Source: Mobula birostris
Lineage: Eukaryota
DNA: 64,000 nucleotides
NCBI RefSeq assembly: GCF_030028105.1
Contig: NC_092376.1
Location: 119,782,230-119,846,229, forward strand
Direction of reading: 5' to 3'
In this document: positions 50,890 through 63,300 of the stretch, one piece after another
Layout of the letters: each line of letters starts with the position of its first letter
Position numbering within the stretch: the first letter of the stretch is position 1
Notes under the pieces: generated by a model
The model's database searches: none
Seen by the model: the letters and a program-made list of their open reading frames with translations, nothing else
Told to the model about the DNA's origin: nothing
Translations under genes and position numbers: made by a program

Positions 50890-51522
50890 GGAGGAAAAGA
50901 TGGTGGCACAACGCAGCGCACGCAACTGTTCAGTGAAATGATATCGTATCTGTTAAATAGGGCCCGTAGACAATTCTGATTTGACAGAAACAGACGTGAG
51001 AATCACAGAGGAACATCTGGAGAAATTTCTGAAATGCACAGTTCGCTGCTGTTGCTACTGTGCGATCGAGAATCTCCGGAGGGAAGGCCCCAAAATCCCC
51101 GGCTTTGCCTGCTGCTGGCTACCGAGGCTGGGGTCGAAGCGTTCAGCAGAGATGGTGCTCGGTACTCAGTGTTGGAGGGCTGATCAGAGGTCAAAGTTTT
51201 TGGATGACTCAGAGTCGGACTGCGGTCGGGCATGGCAGGGAGAGTTTTCTTCCATCTCCTGTCTGTGTGAGATGTGGGACTTTCGAGAGACTTTGAATTT
51301 TTTTGCTGTGCCATGGCCTTTTCTTGATCAAGTTATGGTATTGTTACACTATTGTAACTATATGTTATAATTATGTGTTTTTTGTCAGACTTTCAGTCTT
51401 GGTCTGTCCTGTGTTTCTGTGATATCACACCGGAGGAATATTGTATCATTTCTTAATGCATGCATTACTAAATGATAATAAAAGAGGACTGTGTGCCCTT
51501 ATAATCTAATCTAATCTAATCT
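50890..51522 (+). mobile_element. Non-coding retroposon with (TCTAA)n tail
   Basis: Starts aagatggtgg (YY1-like), relatively CpG-rich body, aataaaa at 51477 then taatctaatctaatctaatct. Confidence 0.6.
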
Positions 51523-51649
51523 ATTGCTTGAGGAGTGATCAGTTACCAGTGACCAGACCCAAGATGGTGGAAACTAAGTTCCTGCCAATTGACCATCCTG
51601 AAGGCTATCTGATAACTTGTGCTGTCAAAGACCTTTACATAGTTTCCAG

Positions 51650-52380
51650 ATGATGACCAGAGAGGATCAAAGGGAAGGAGAGTGAATGTGCATCAGTCTC
51701 ATCAAGGAATCAGCGGTGAGGAGTGTCTGCAGCTTTAATTTTCTGGGAATAAGATGACTTATTTTGGGCCCAGCACATAGATACAATCATCAGAAAAGTA
51801 TACCAATAATTTTCACAGGAGGTGAAGGAGGTTTGGCTTGTCACTGAACACGCTAACAAATTTTTATGATATACTGTTGAAAATATCCTGACTGATTATA
51901 TCATGGTCTGGTATGACAACTTGACTGCGGAGGAATGCAACAAGCTTCAGAGAGTAGTGGACCCTGCCCGATGTAATAAGGGTACATTTCTTTCTCCTAT
52001 TGATAGTATCTTCAGGAGGTACTGCCTCAAGAAAGCCGCATCTATCATCAAAGATCCCCACCATTTGAGCCAGGCCATTTTCTTGCATCTACCATTGTGC
52101 AGGAGATACAGAAGCCTGAAGTCCCATACCAAACCAGCAAACTCTAATCACTACAGTTTAGCACTACAAGAAGACTATGACCACTTTGCACTAGAATAGA
52201 CTTTTTCTTTACTCTAATTGTGTTTTTTTGTAAAAAAAGTTGTGCACAATTTATGTTTTTCTTGCATATGCTACATATACAATGCTACCGTATGAGCCTG
52301 TGATGTGCTGCAAGTGAGTTTTTCATTGCACCTGTGCATACATGTAATTGTGCAAATAACAATGAACTTGGATTTGACCC
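51650..52380 (+). mobile_element. Rex1/Babar 3' fragment
   Basis: VWYDNLT..KLQRVV..CLKKAASIIKDPHH..RRYRSLK. Confidence 0.85.
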
Positions 52381-52904
52381 TGGCATCTTGAAATAGATTG
52401 AAATGATTAATAACAGTATAAATTATTAATAAGAGACAAAATTAAGAAATAATAAATAAACTTAAAGGTACATTTAATGGATGTACTGTAAGGTAACTAA
52501 AATCAATAATATCATTTAAAATAAACTGCAAATAAATAAAGTTTCCCTTTCCTCTTTAATGCAACTGAGGTTTCATTACATTTGGTAAGTGATGCAAAAG
52601 CAGCTAGTCTCTCAACTTGAGACATTGGTGCTCCATCCCTGGATACAATACTGATCTTTTGGTGGAGCAGGAAGGCAGATGTCTCTGTATTTGACTTGTA
52701 ACATGTTTTTGATTTCAGGGCTGTTATTTAAAAAGAGACATTTGACTGCTGGGAAAGATATTGCTGAAAGTCACTGCTGACAAAGAGTGAGCACAATTGC
52801 GACAGTAACTTTGGTATTCTCTCTGCAAACTTAATGATTATTTCCAACACTCTTGATTTTACTTCAAGTTTTACTTCAGAACAAGCTGCCAGCACAAGCG
52901 GTGC

Positions 52905-53070
52905 AAGCAAGCATGATTTCAACATTTAAGCGAAGTTTGGATTGATGCATAGAATGCTATGATCCTGATGCAGGTTGTTGGAATTAGGCAGTTTAAATGG
53001 CTCGGTGTGGACTAGATGGGCCCAATGGCCTGTTTCTGAGCTGTACCTTTATATGACTCCATGACTCTAT
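52905..53070 (+). mobile_element. CR1 3' end
   Basis: tttcaacatttaagcgaagtttgga...ggcctgtttctgagctgta...atgactccatgactctat. Confidence 0.7.
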
Positions 53071-53099
53071 TTCCATCATTTGCAAGGTTTTTTTCTTAG

Positions 53100-53412
53100 A
53101 ATTTATTGTCATCCCCAATGAACAGCTTACTAAACCAGCTGTGAGGGCTGTTAAAAATCAAGTGTTTTGTGATGGGTCAGGGGTTACATGTGGTGACCAG
53201 GTTGGCATGGATCACGGTTTTTCCGGAAACGTCTTAGTGAACCAGAAAGTATTTGATGATAATTCCTCGAGTATCAAGATCATCAAAATTGATGTTCCCT
53301 TTTTTTTTAATTAAATTTAAATTCCTCAGCTGCTCCGCTGAATTTGAACTTCTATTTTCAGGTCATTTGTTTTGGATTTCTGTGTCAGCAATTTAACTAC
53401 TGTGCTACTGTT
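53100..53412 (-). mobile_element. Old degraded tRNA-head SINE
   Basis: Minus strand starts acagtagcacagtagttaa with B-box-like gttcaaattc. Confidence 0.45.
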
Positions 53413-53740
53413 CTTCCTTGTGTACTCAGATCAATGCATACTGTCTACTGATAATGCATTTTGATGATCTGCTCAGAACATGGTCTTAGTATTCCCTGTT
53501 TTTATCTCTATTTTTGTGACTAATGCAGCAACCGGGTAACTCAGTTTTGCCCAAAACTTTGTGTCACACCTATACTGGAGTGAATTAAGAAAGGAGTTAG
53601 AGTGTGCAGCTTGTAAACCCGGCAGTTATCCTGCTGAGAAGGAGAAATGTTCCTAATGTGCAGTAGGGATAACATTGCACCAGTATGACTCACAACACGC
53701 TGGAGGAACTCCGCAGGTCGGACAGCATCCATGGAAACGA

Positions 53741-53780
53741 TCAGTCAACGTTTCGGGCTGGAACTCTTTATCAGGACTGA
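53741..53780 (-). ncRNA. Hammerhead motif variant (CUGAUAA core, GUU site)
   Basis: Reverse complement tcagtc-ctgataa-agagttccagccc-gaaa-cgtt-gactga; 6-bp stem I; core G>A likely inactivating. Confidence 0.65.
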
Positions 53781-54043
53781 AGAGGGAGGGGGCAGAGGCC
53801 CTATAAAGAAGGTGGGGGGAGGGTGGGAAGGAGAAGGCTGGTAGGTTCCAGGTGAAAAACCAGTAAGGGGAAAGATAAAGGGGTAGGGGAGGGGAAGCAG
53901 GGAGGTGATAGGCAGGAAAAGTGAAGAAGGAATAGAGAAAAGCACAATGGGTAGGAGAAGGAGGCAGAACCATAAAGGAGGCAGTAGACAGCTAGGGGAG
54001 GGGGCAGAGTGAAACTGGGATGGGGGAAGGGAGGGGGAGGGAA

Positions 54044-54370
54044 TTACCGGAAGCTAGAGAATTCAACGTTCATATCAAAGGGCTGGAGACTACCTAGATG
54101 GTATATGAGGTGTTGCTCCTCCAACCTGAGTTTAGCCTCAGTATGGCAGTAGAGGAGGCCATGTATGGACATATCTGAATGGGAATGTGAAGCAGAGTTG
54201 AAGTGGGAGGCAACCGGGAGATCCTGTCTGTCGTGGCGGACAGAGCGGAGGTGCTCAATGAAGCGGTCCCCCAATCTGCGTCGGGTTTCACCGATGTAGA
54301 GGAGGCCGCACCGGGAGAACCGAATGGAATGGATGACCCCAACAGACTCACAAGTGAAGTGTTGCCTCAC
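54044..54370 (-). pseudogene. Penelope GIY-YIG endonuclease domain (5'-truncated ORF)
   Basis: FTCESVGVIHSIRFSRCGLLYIGETRRRLGDRFIEHLRS...HFN...EQHLIYHLGSLQPFDMN. Confidence 0.88.
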
Positions 54371-55224
54371 CTGGAAGGACTGTTTGGGGCCCTGAATGCT
54401 GGTAAGAGAGGAGGTGTAGGGACAGGTGTAGCACTTAAGCTTACAGGGATAAGTGCTGGGTGGGAGATCTGTGGGGAGGGACGTGTGGACCAGGGAGTTG
54501 CGGAGGGAATGATCCCTGTGGGAAACGGAAAGGGGTGGAGAGGGAAAGGTGTGCTTAGTGGTGGGGTCCTGTTGAAGGTGGCGGAAGTTGCGGAGGATAA
54601 TGTGCTGGGTATTTTGTGATTACAATTGCACTAGTAAGGATCCTTCAAGATATACATCCCTTTGTTTTTTGGAATGAAAGGATATCCCGTGGTGAACTCA
54701 GAATACTGTAATTCTGAACTGAAGAAATGTTGGTGCTGCTTCAGTCATCATACATGTGATTTCTAATATGTTCTCTGTCAAACTGCAAACTTTGACCAAC
54801 TTTAAAATCTTGCCCTTATAATAATCCTTCACTATGAACTCGATGGATCATTGCGAATATTTTTTCTCAAAATTGTGATTTATGCCTTGGAGTTTGCCTT
54901 CTACAGTACATTTACTCCTCTATGTAATTTGCATAGCTACATCAATTCCATTTCTCGGTTCCATCCAAATTTCCATTATTCCATTTTTTCTGAATGCATT
55001 TTAAATCAATCTACAATGTTTTTGCATCTGTACTTTTACCCTCTGCTGTCCGCTTCCCCCAAGTCCTTCATCATAGTGCAGTTTCTTATCTGCTGGACCC
55101 CTGTCTGATCTTTTGAGTTACAGAGCCAGATATTTATCCTGTCTGCAATGAACCAGGCTCTGGGCTTTTCTTAATCGATTGGGGTCAACCACTACAATGG
55201 CTGATTCTGAAATATATTAAAAAA

Positions 55225-55378
55225 GATAATTACCACATGCACCCTGAGCACCCAGAGGAAGCCTATGCAGTCACAGGAAGAATGTACAAACTCCTTACAG
55301 GCAGTGGGCAGGAATTGAACCTGGGTCACCTGTAAAGTAAAGCATTCTGCTAACCACTGTGCTACTGTGTCACCCCTA
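55225..55378 (-). mobile_element. V-SINE 5' half
   Basis: gagcacccagaggaagcctatgcagtcacaggaagaatgtacaaactcc...ggaattgaacctggg...gctaaccactgtgctactgtg. Confidence 0.85.
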
Positions 55379-55484
55379 CAACTCACTCATATTCCAGGCA
55401 ATATGCACAGGCTCTGCACTGAAACCCAGTGCAGTACAGAGTTGTTCTTCAAGTGAGGAATTAAACAAAGACTTTGTCAATTAT

Positions 55485-55624
55485 CACACACAAAAAATGC
55501 TGGTGAACGCAACAGGCCAGGCAGCATCTATAGGAAGAGGTACAGTTGACGTTTCGAGCTGAGACCCTTCGCCTTTTGTGTATGTTGCTTGAATTTCCAG
55601 CATCTGCAGATTTCCTCGTGTTTG
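55485..55624. mobile_element. 140-bp inverted Penelope pLTR unit with perfect 13-bp TSD
   Basis: ctttgtcaattat at 55472-55484 and 55625-55637; minus arm with partial hammerhead (gacgtttcgagctgagacccttc) plus plus-strand end arm. Confidence 0.88.
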
Positions 55625-56529
55625 CTTTGTCAATTATGTTGGATAGATGACACTCGTTAAAATAAGAACAGAAGCAATCTCGTTCTAATGTCCTGCCCAG
55701 TATTTCTTCCTCACCCGTATCCCTAAAACAGATTACCCAGCTGTTACTATTTTATGTCTGTGGGAACTTTGTAATGTACAAATTTTTCATTACTACAGTG
55801 ATTAGTCTTTACAAAATTGACTATCATTTAACTTGTGAGGTTCCAAGGCACTAACTAAATTCAGTCATATTTATTTTGAAGTACAGAAGAGTTATAATCA
55901 CTAAAAACATTGATCATGGTATCTTTATGACCCTGTTAAGCTCTCAGAACCTGACAATGTGGATTTTTACCACCAAGCAATGTGATACTATTGACCTTGA
56001 AGTACATATTGGCAGGCTTGCCCAATTTAAATTATGTGGAATTGGTACTTGGGAGAATGGATTGTAATTAAGAAAAATACTTAATTAGTTATTAAACAAT
56101 TTGGAGAGCCAATGGTCATTAGTGTCAGCATAGGACATTCCTAAACTAAAAACAACATGAATTTAAATGTTATTTTGGTACATGTGATTGGTTGCCAGTA
56201 TTATGTGAAACTTTGGTTGGTTGCTTACCACTGATCTGAATGGAATAACTGTGCAAGTGCAGTTCTTGAATGTCTGCCAATTCATAACTGCCAATCCAGT
56301 CTAGGTCAAGTGAAAAGATGGAAAACAATAATATATGAAAAATCTACCTTATCTTCTCTACAGCCTGAATTTGAACTTACTATAGATATGTACATCTCCA
56401 TTCTGTCCCTGCACCAAAGGAGAAGCTTTAGCAGAAGTGTGCATTGCGTGTGTATAGTCATTAACAATGTCGAATGACTCTAGCATCTAAATGTTATATG
56501 GGATGCAAAGAACATCCTCCTGTTGAATC

Positions 56530-56670
56530 GTAAACACAAAGTAATCTGCAGATGCTGGGATCAAAGCAACACTTCATAGTCATAGTCATACTTTATTGAT
56601 CCTGGGGGAAATTGGTTCGACTCATCATTTCCACTGATGCTGCCCGACCTGCTGAGTTCCTCCAGCGTAC
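56530..56670. mobile_element. Inverted Penelope pLTR unit containing a Rex1 3' tail (56575-56616, minus)
   Basis: aaacacaaagtaatctgcagatgctggg / catagtcatagtcatactttattgatcc / gatgctgcccgacctgctgagttcctccagcg. Confidence 0.7.
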
Positions 56671-58185
56671 TATAAGTCCTCCTTTTGAATTCTCTTTGCA
56701 AAGAGAAAAATGTTTAAGGGCCATAGCAGCAAAGAGCCACTGGAGGAGGATTCCTTGCTTTCAGTTATTACCTATAAAGAAAAGGTTTGAATTTCTCGAA
56801 TGATGGATAATGGCAAGCAGTGGGTAAGAAGGGAGTTATCCAATGCATGTTGGCTGCAATATTAATAAAATTGCTACTTGGTCTAATTTCAATATGTTGT
56901 GAATGCTTTTAATTTTACTTTGCAGTACAATAATAGAAAATGTTCAACTGCTTGTTCATTTTTCCTTACCACAGTTCCCTTCACAATTTTTAAATACGTC
57001 ATTCTTCAATGTCTCCCAAAATCATTTAGTCAGGGAAGGCTGTCCTGCTATACAAAGAGAATAGTGTTGTACGTGAAGAAAAGCCTGTAGGCTTTTATAG
57101 CTTATGAAAATACTTAGCTTATCAGAACATCTGAAAATTAGAGTTCTTGACTGGCAAGTCCAGGTATGCAGACTTTTTTTTTAAAGGAACATTTCTTGAG
57201 CTTCAAAGTTGCAGTATATGCTGGGGAACTGGAGAAATATAGCTGGCCACAATTTTCTTACTAGGAGTTAAATCAGTTTTAAGCATTGATTTTACCTATG
57301 ACATTATTTTTTCTGGACACTCTTAATCTCCATATAAATTGCTTCTCTGAAAGGCCTTGGGGTAAAGCTTTTATTTTGCCTGTATTTCTTCTTATTCCCT
57401 GTTCATCAGTGCTGAGAATCCTAACAGCTCCGAAACACTATAAATTGTTGTTACTGAGGTATGGCCTCCTTGTAAACTTACAAAACTCCTGGAATACACC
57501 ATAAATCAGAAAATACTTTTTGAGTTCAACTAATTGCATCCGTCTGTGAGTAATTGTCTTATCTGAAGCTTTAATTTTCTCTGGTATGGAATGGGTAATA
57601 GGTTCCTGCAGACTTCTTTTGCACTCCATTTCAGTTGCTCTATTTAAGTTAAATGGATAAATGAATGATGGAAATGCTGCAACGGATAAAGGAATTTTAA
57701 GCAAATATGTTGACTCATGCATTTACAGAAAAGAACTAAACCTCTTGTTTTCATGATGCAAAATATTTTAAATGTGAAATCTCTTATCAGGACTTGAAGA
57801 TTGTGGTACTTCTACAGCAGCTTTGATCCTCCTCGGCTCGTGGGCAATAGCTGTAGAAATTGCCTGCGCTAAATTGGATCCAGATAAAATAGGATTCAAT
57901 TGGAGAAAAATCATTCTGTACAGTTTTCAAAATGGATATAAAAATATGTTTAAATCAACCACATAAGAATTTATTATTTGCAGTTGCCATATGTGATCAT
58001 GAATGTTGAATGATGGATTGATTAATTTCCATTAAATAAAGAAACAAAGTTAATGTTCCACTTTCATGAACAATTCTGATGAAAGATTATTGATCCAATT
58101 CATTTATTCTGTCCAGATGTTGGTTGAGCTGCTATTTTCCAAGATTTTTCTATTTATTAAGACATAAATAGAATCAATAAAGGCA

Positions 58186-58218
58186 GGATCAATAAAGTAT
58201 GACTATGACTATGACTAT
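58186..58218 (+). mobile_element. Rex1 3'-tail-only insertion
   Basis: ggatcaataaagtatgactatgactatgactat matches the 3' end of the Rex1 copy at 24053-24085. Confidence 0.7.
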
Positions 58219-60004
58219 TAATAGTTCTAGCACCTTTTCAAAAACATTAAAATATACAGGGCTTACATTTGGGTATTTCTCTTATCAATAATCACCAGTG
58301 GAATTGCTTAATGGCAAAATGATCGAAAGCAAATTGGGACATAACTACAGATGAAACAGTGAAGAAAGTAGATTGGTTCCCAAAGATGGCAGTGATATAT
58401 TCCAGCTTTAATTTCTGATGGTAATGCCACAGTGCCATGAAATGCTTCCAGAAAGAGCTTTAAGAGCAACATTGATCTTTTTGATGTAGCACCAATGGAT
58501 GAAAAAAAAGAGCACAGGCCTCCTTTTAATCTGAATTTACCGGCCAATTTTGAAATTTCAAGTTCTTTTTGAAGAGCAGAAAACATGAGCTCAACAGACA
58601 AGCACTAACTGAGACAAATGTCCTTGTTATATCATGATTTTAAATGCTGATTCTTTTTTTGCCTGCAGCTGTACAATGTTGGCAGGAAAACCCGAGTACA
58701 GAGGAGCTTAATTGCCCTGTAATTTGGCTGTCATGCGTATACAGAGAAGTGTAAGATAGGAGACTTGGCATTGGATTGGTGCTGTGCGAGGCTCAGGAGC
58801 ACAGCTGGAGCAGTACCTGTACTAACCTGTGATATATTAACCTGAACTCAACCCTGCTTATTCTTTTGTTCAAGTTGGTTGGCTCTCACCAGTAACAGAC
58901 TGGCTGAGCATGTTGATGTCTGCTTGTTCCATTCTCTTCTGAGACTCAGAGACATCTGATTTTAGGTGAGTTACATATTTGCTGCTTCCCTTTCCAGTGA
59001 CAACAAAACATTAAATATCATTAATATCTCATAAGACAAAGCGGTTAAGGAGACTGAAAGGCGATAGAATTCTGAAGGCTGGTTGCTTGTATTTCGTGAT
59101 ACTGAAAGCAAAGGTTGTGAAAATAGCAGGGAGATAATGACCTTCTACAGATAGTTCCAGCATATTACAAGTTGGCAAAAGTGACAGAGAAGAGAGTGAA
59201 AGAAAGTGGGGAGCTGTAGATCTGTTAGTTTGAGGTAAAGTTCTTAAAAGGGAATACTGCAGAGGCAGGAAATTTGAAATAGAAACAGAAAATGCTGGAA
59301 ATACTCACCTGATAAGGCAGCAACTGGGGAGAAGGAAACAGTCTGCCTTTCAAGTCAATAAACTTTCACCCATTGTTTACATTACAGCAGCATCCCAATT
59401 TAAGGAAATGGCAATGGACACTTAAACTGTGTCCTTAGGTTGATTATTTGATAGGATACAATCAACTTTGATCACTTATTACAACATGTAAGGAGGCAAT
59501 TCAGCTTCTAGACAGCAATCTCATCAATCCTGTTTCCATTCTCATTCATTCCCTTCACTCCAGTCACTCTGTTTGCTCTGCTGTGACCATCAACTGCCCT
59601 TTTATTCCTTTACTACTTCGCTACACAGTGACTGCACATAACAGCCAAATAATGAACTAGCATATCACAAAAAGAAGATGCAAACTCCACACAGACAGAC
59701 TCAAGGACAGAATCGAACCCATCACCTCGTGGAATAACTGCTGTGCAGCTATACTACCCAAATTGTGATAGATCTATCAATTTTTTGAAGACACAACTGG
59801 ATTAAATTGTGTTAGATGAGTTTATTTTCATATGCACCAGAGTGCAATGAAATTCCTTGCTTGTGAACAGTATACACAGCATACTGAAATACACCGAAGT
59901 AGTATGAAATATAACATTCATTGGAAAGTGCAAAATAAAGGAATAGTGCATGAAAGAGAGATAACATACAGTGGAGTATACATGGTAAATGTGGATTTTC
60001 AAAA

Positions 60005-60100
60005 CGCCCCTGACGAGGTGTCACGTGTGTGGGGGGAGGGCGGTTGGTTTACTTGCCGGTCAAAAGCCACTTCCACTGTTCCTGTCATTGATTGGCCCGT
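60005..60100. promoter_or_regulatory. Promoter-like motif cluster
   Basis: TGACG 60011, TCACGTG 60021, GGGCGG 60038, CACTTCC 60068, ATTGG 60091 within 90 bp of locally CpG-containing unique DNA. Confidence 0.35.
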
Positions 60101-60359
60101 TCAAAGGATACAGCTGCTCTTTCCTATCGGTTAGTATGTGCACCATGGTGCTAGTTTCTGAATCTGGCACCTTCAGTGTATAAGAATAGCATGGAAGGGA
60201 AGACCAAGCTCTTCCTTTTGTCACCAGTGCCCGCTTCAGGCTGAGAACATGACCAGCACAGAAGGACCTCTGAAGAAGAGTGCTGCAGATGTAGACAGGC
60301 CCCCTGTTTAGTTATGTATTAGATTGTAGCATGCTTAGTTTCTCAGTTTTATAACTTAA

Positions 60360-63300
60360 CCATATAACCATATAACAATTACAGCACGAAAACAGGCCAT
60401 CTTGGCCATCTAGTCTGTGTCGAAAGCTTACTCTCACCTAGTCCCACCGACCTGCACTCAGCCCATAACCCTCCATTCCTTTCCTGTCCATATAGCTGTC
60501 CAATTTAACTTTAAATGACAACATCGAACCTGCCTCAACCACTTCTGCTGAAAGCTCATTCCACACAGCTACCACTCTCTGAGTAAAGAAGATCCCCCTC
60601 ATGTTACTTCTAAATTTTGCCCTTTAACTCTCAACTCATGTCCTCTTGTTTGAATCTCCCCTACTCTCAATGGAAAAAGCCTATCCACGTCAGCTCTATC
60701 TATCCCCCTCATAATTTTAAAAACCTCTATCAAGTCCCCCCTCAACCTTCTACGCTCCAAAGAATAAAGAACCAACTTGTTCAACCTTTCTCTGTAAGTT
60801 AGGTGATAAAACCTAGGTAATATTTTAATAAATCTTCTCTGTACTCTCTCTATTTTGTTGACATCTTTCCTATAATTCAGTGACCAGGACTGTACACAAT
60901 ACTCCAAATTCGGCCTCACCAATGCCTTGTACAATTTTAACATTACATCCCAAGTCCTATACTCAATGCTCTGATTTATAAAGGCCAGCAGACCAAAAAC
61001 TTTCTTCACCACCCTATCCACATGAGATTCCACCTTCAGGGAGCTATGCACCATTATTCCTAGATCCCTCTGTTCTACTGCATTCTTCAATGCCCTACCA
61101 TTTACCATGTATGTCCTACTTTGATTAGTCCTACCAAAATGTAGCACCTCACATTTATCAGCATTCAACTCCATCTGTCATCTTTCAGCCCACTCTTCTA
61201 ACTGCCCTAAATCTCCCTGCAAGCTTTGAAAACCTACTTCATTATCCACAACTCTACCTACCTTAGTATCACCTGCATACTTACTAATCCAATTTACCAC
61301 CCCATCATCCAGATCATTAATGTATATGACAAACAACATTGGACCCAGTACAGATCCCTCAGGCACACCACTAATCACCGTCCTCCAATCTGACACACAG
61401 TTATCCGCCACTACTCTCTGGAATCTCCCATCCAGCCACTGCTGAATCCATTTTACTACTTCAATATTAATACCCAACGATTGAACCTTCCTAACTAACC
61501 TTCCATGTGGAAAATTGTCAAAGGCCTTACTGAAGTCCATATAGACAACATCCACCACTTTACCTTCATCAACATTCCTAGTACCCTCATCAAAAAAATT
61601 CAATAAGATTTGTCAAACATGACCTTCCACGCACAAATCCACGTTGACTGTTCCTAATCAGACCCTGTCTATCCAGATAATTATCTATACCATCTCTAAG
61701 AATTGTTACGTACCCCGTAACTGGGTTGCCAAACCAGCAGAAATGGATCACTCAGTTGGAGTCTGGATTACTAGAACTAAGAAAGTTTTATTAAAGAAAC
61801 AAGCAACACAGTAATCGAAAGGATAATAACTGCAACAGTTCAGCAATGATAACCACACATGTGCATAGAATTAAGGTAACAGCATCAATCAAGCTCTATC
61901 GTTGTCTAGGGGTAAATGACCAAATTTCAAAGTGACACAAAAGTTCAGTCCAATATAGTTCAGTTCGCAGTAATCGTTGCCATGGCGATGGACAATGTGG
62001 GGGGGAGAGAGAGAGAGAGAACGGGAACGACTGATCATTCAGACACGGCTTCCACTCACAGACCGGCGATATGGCTCACAAACAGCTTCCGGGCAGGTCC
62101 TTGGTGATGTCACCTGAGGTCACCGACTGTGACCCCTCCTCCAGATGCGGTCGATCCTCTGCAGTGAACTCGGCACCCAAGCAAGGGCGGACACACACCG
62201 GGTTCCCGCTGATCGTACCTTTCCACCCTGTGCGTTGTCCGGTACTTCCCACCGACTCGTGAGAGGCGCACCGCTTCCAGGGTCTCGTTACCTCGAGTGT
62301 CGTGTGTGTCCTGCCTTAGCGAACCTGTCCCTTTTTATCCCCCTGCTGGGGTATTGCCTGTCCATCACTTCAAACAGTTCAGGGTTCAAAGGGGGAGCAG
62401 ATCTTGGCAATATCCAGACTGATGGCTCCTTCATTAGCATCTCCACATGCTGCTTCATTGTTCCTTATCTCTCCTTCCCCCTGAGGACAGGTGGCAGACC
62501 AACTGCTGACCACACAGGACAGCTAACATCTTATCTATGTGTATTCTCGTCACAGAATACTTTCCATCAATTTACCCACCACTGATGTCAAACTCACAGG
62601 CCAATAATTGCTAGGTTTACTCTTAGAACCCTTTATAAACAATGGAACAACATGAGCAATACACCAATCCTCCAGCCCCATCTCTGTCTCTAATGACATT
62701 TGAAATATTTCTGTCAGAGCCCCTGCTATTTCCACACTAACTTCCCTCAAGGTCATAGGGAATATCCCGTCAGGACCCGGAGACTTATTCACTTTTATAT
62801 TCCTTAAAAGTGCCAGTACTTCCTCTTTTTTAATCATCATAGTTTCCATAACTTCCCTACCTGTTTCCCTTAACTTACACAATTCAATATCCTTCTCTTT
62901 AGTGAATATCGAAGAAAAGAAATTGTTCAAAATCTCCCCCAGCTCTTTTTGCTCCACACATAGTTGTCCACTCTGATTCTCTAAGGGACCAATTTTATCC
63001 CTCACTATCCTTTTGCTATTAATATAACTATAAAAACCCTTTGGATTTAGATTCACCTTACTTGCCAAAGCAACCTCGTATCTTCTTTTAGCTTTTCTAA
63101 TTTCTTTCTTAAGATTCTTATTACATTCTTTATATTCCTTGAGCACCTCATTTCCTCCGTACTGCCGATATATATTGTGGATATCTCTCTTTTTCAGAAC
63201 CAAGTTTCCAATATCTCTTGAAAACCATGGCTGTCTCAAACTTTTAACCTTTTCTTTCAACCTAACAGGAACAGAAAGATTCTGTACCCTCAAAATTTCA

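Larger units (their letters stand above)
53688..54612 (-). mobile_element. Penelope-like element 3' portion (GIY-YIG endonuclease + pLTR)
   Basis: ORF 54044-54370; purine-rich spacer; pLTR with hammerhead at 53741-53780. Confidence 0.92.

Noticed and set aside
50981-51370. 129-aa ORF
   Set aside because: It lies within a repeat with a microsatellite tail and has no recognisable domain.
60008-60030. ctgacga box as another hammerhead
   Set aside because: There is no GAAA box or closing stems at the required spacing.
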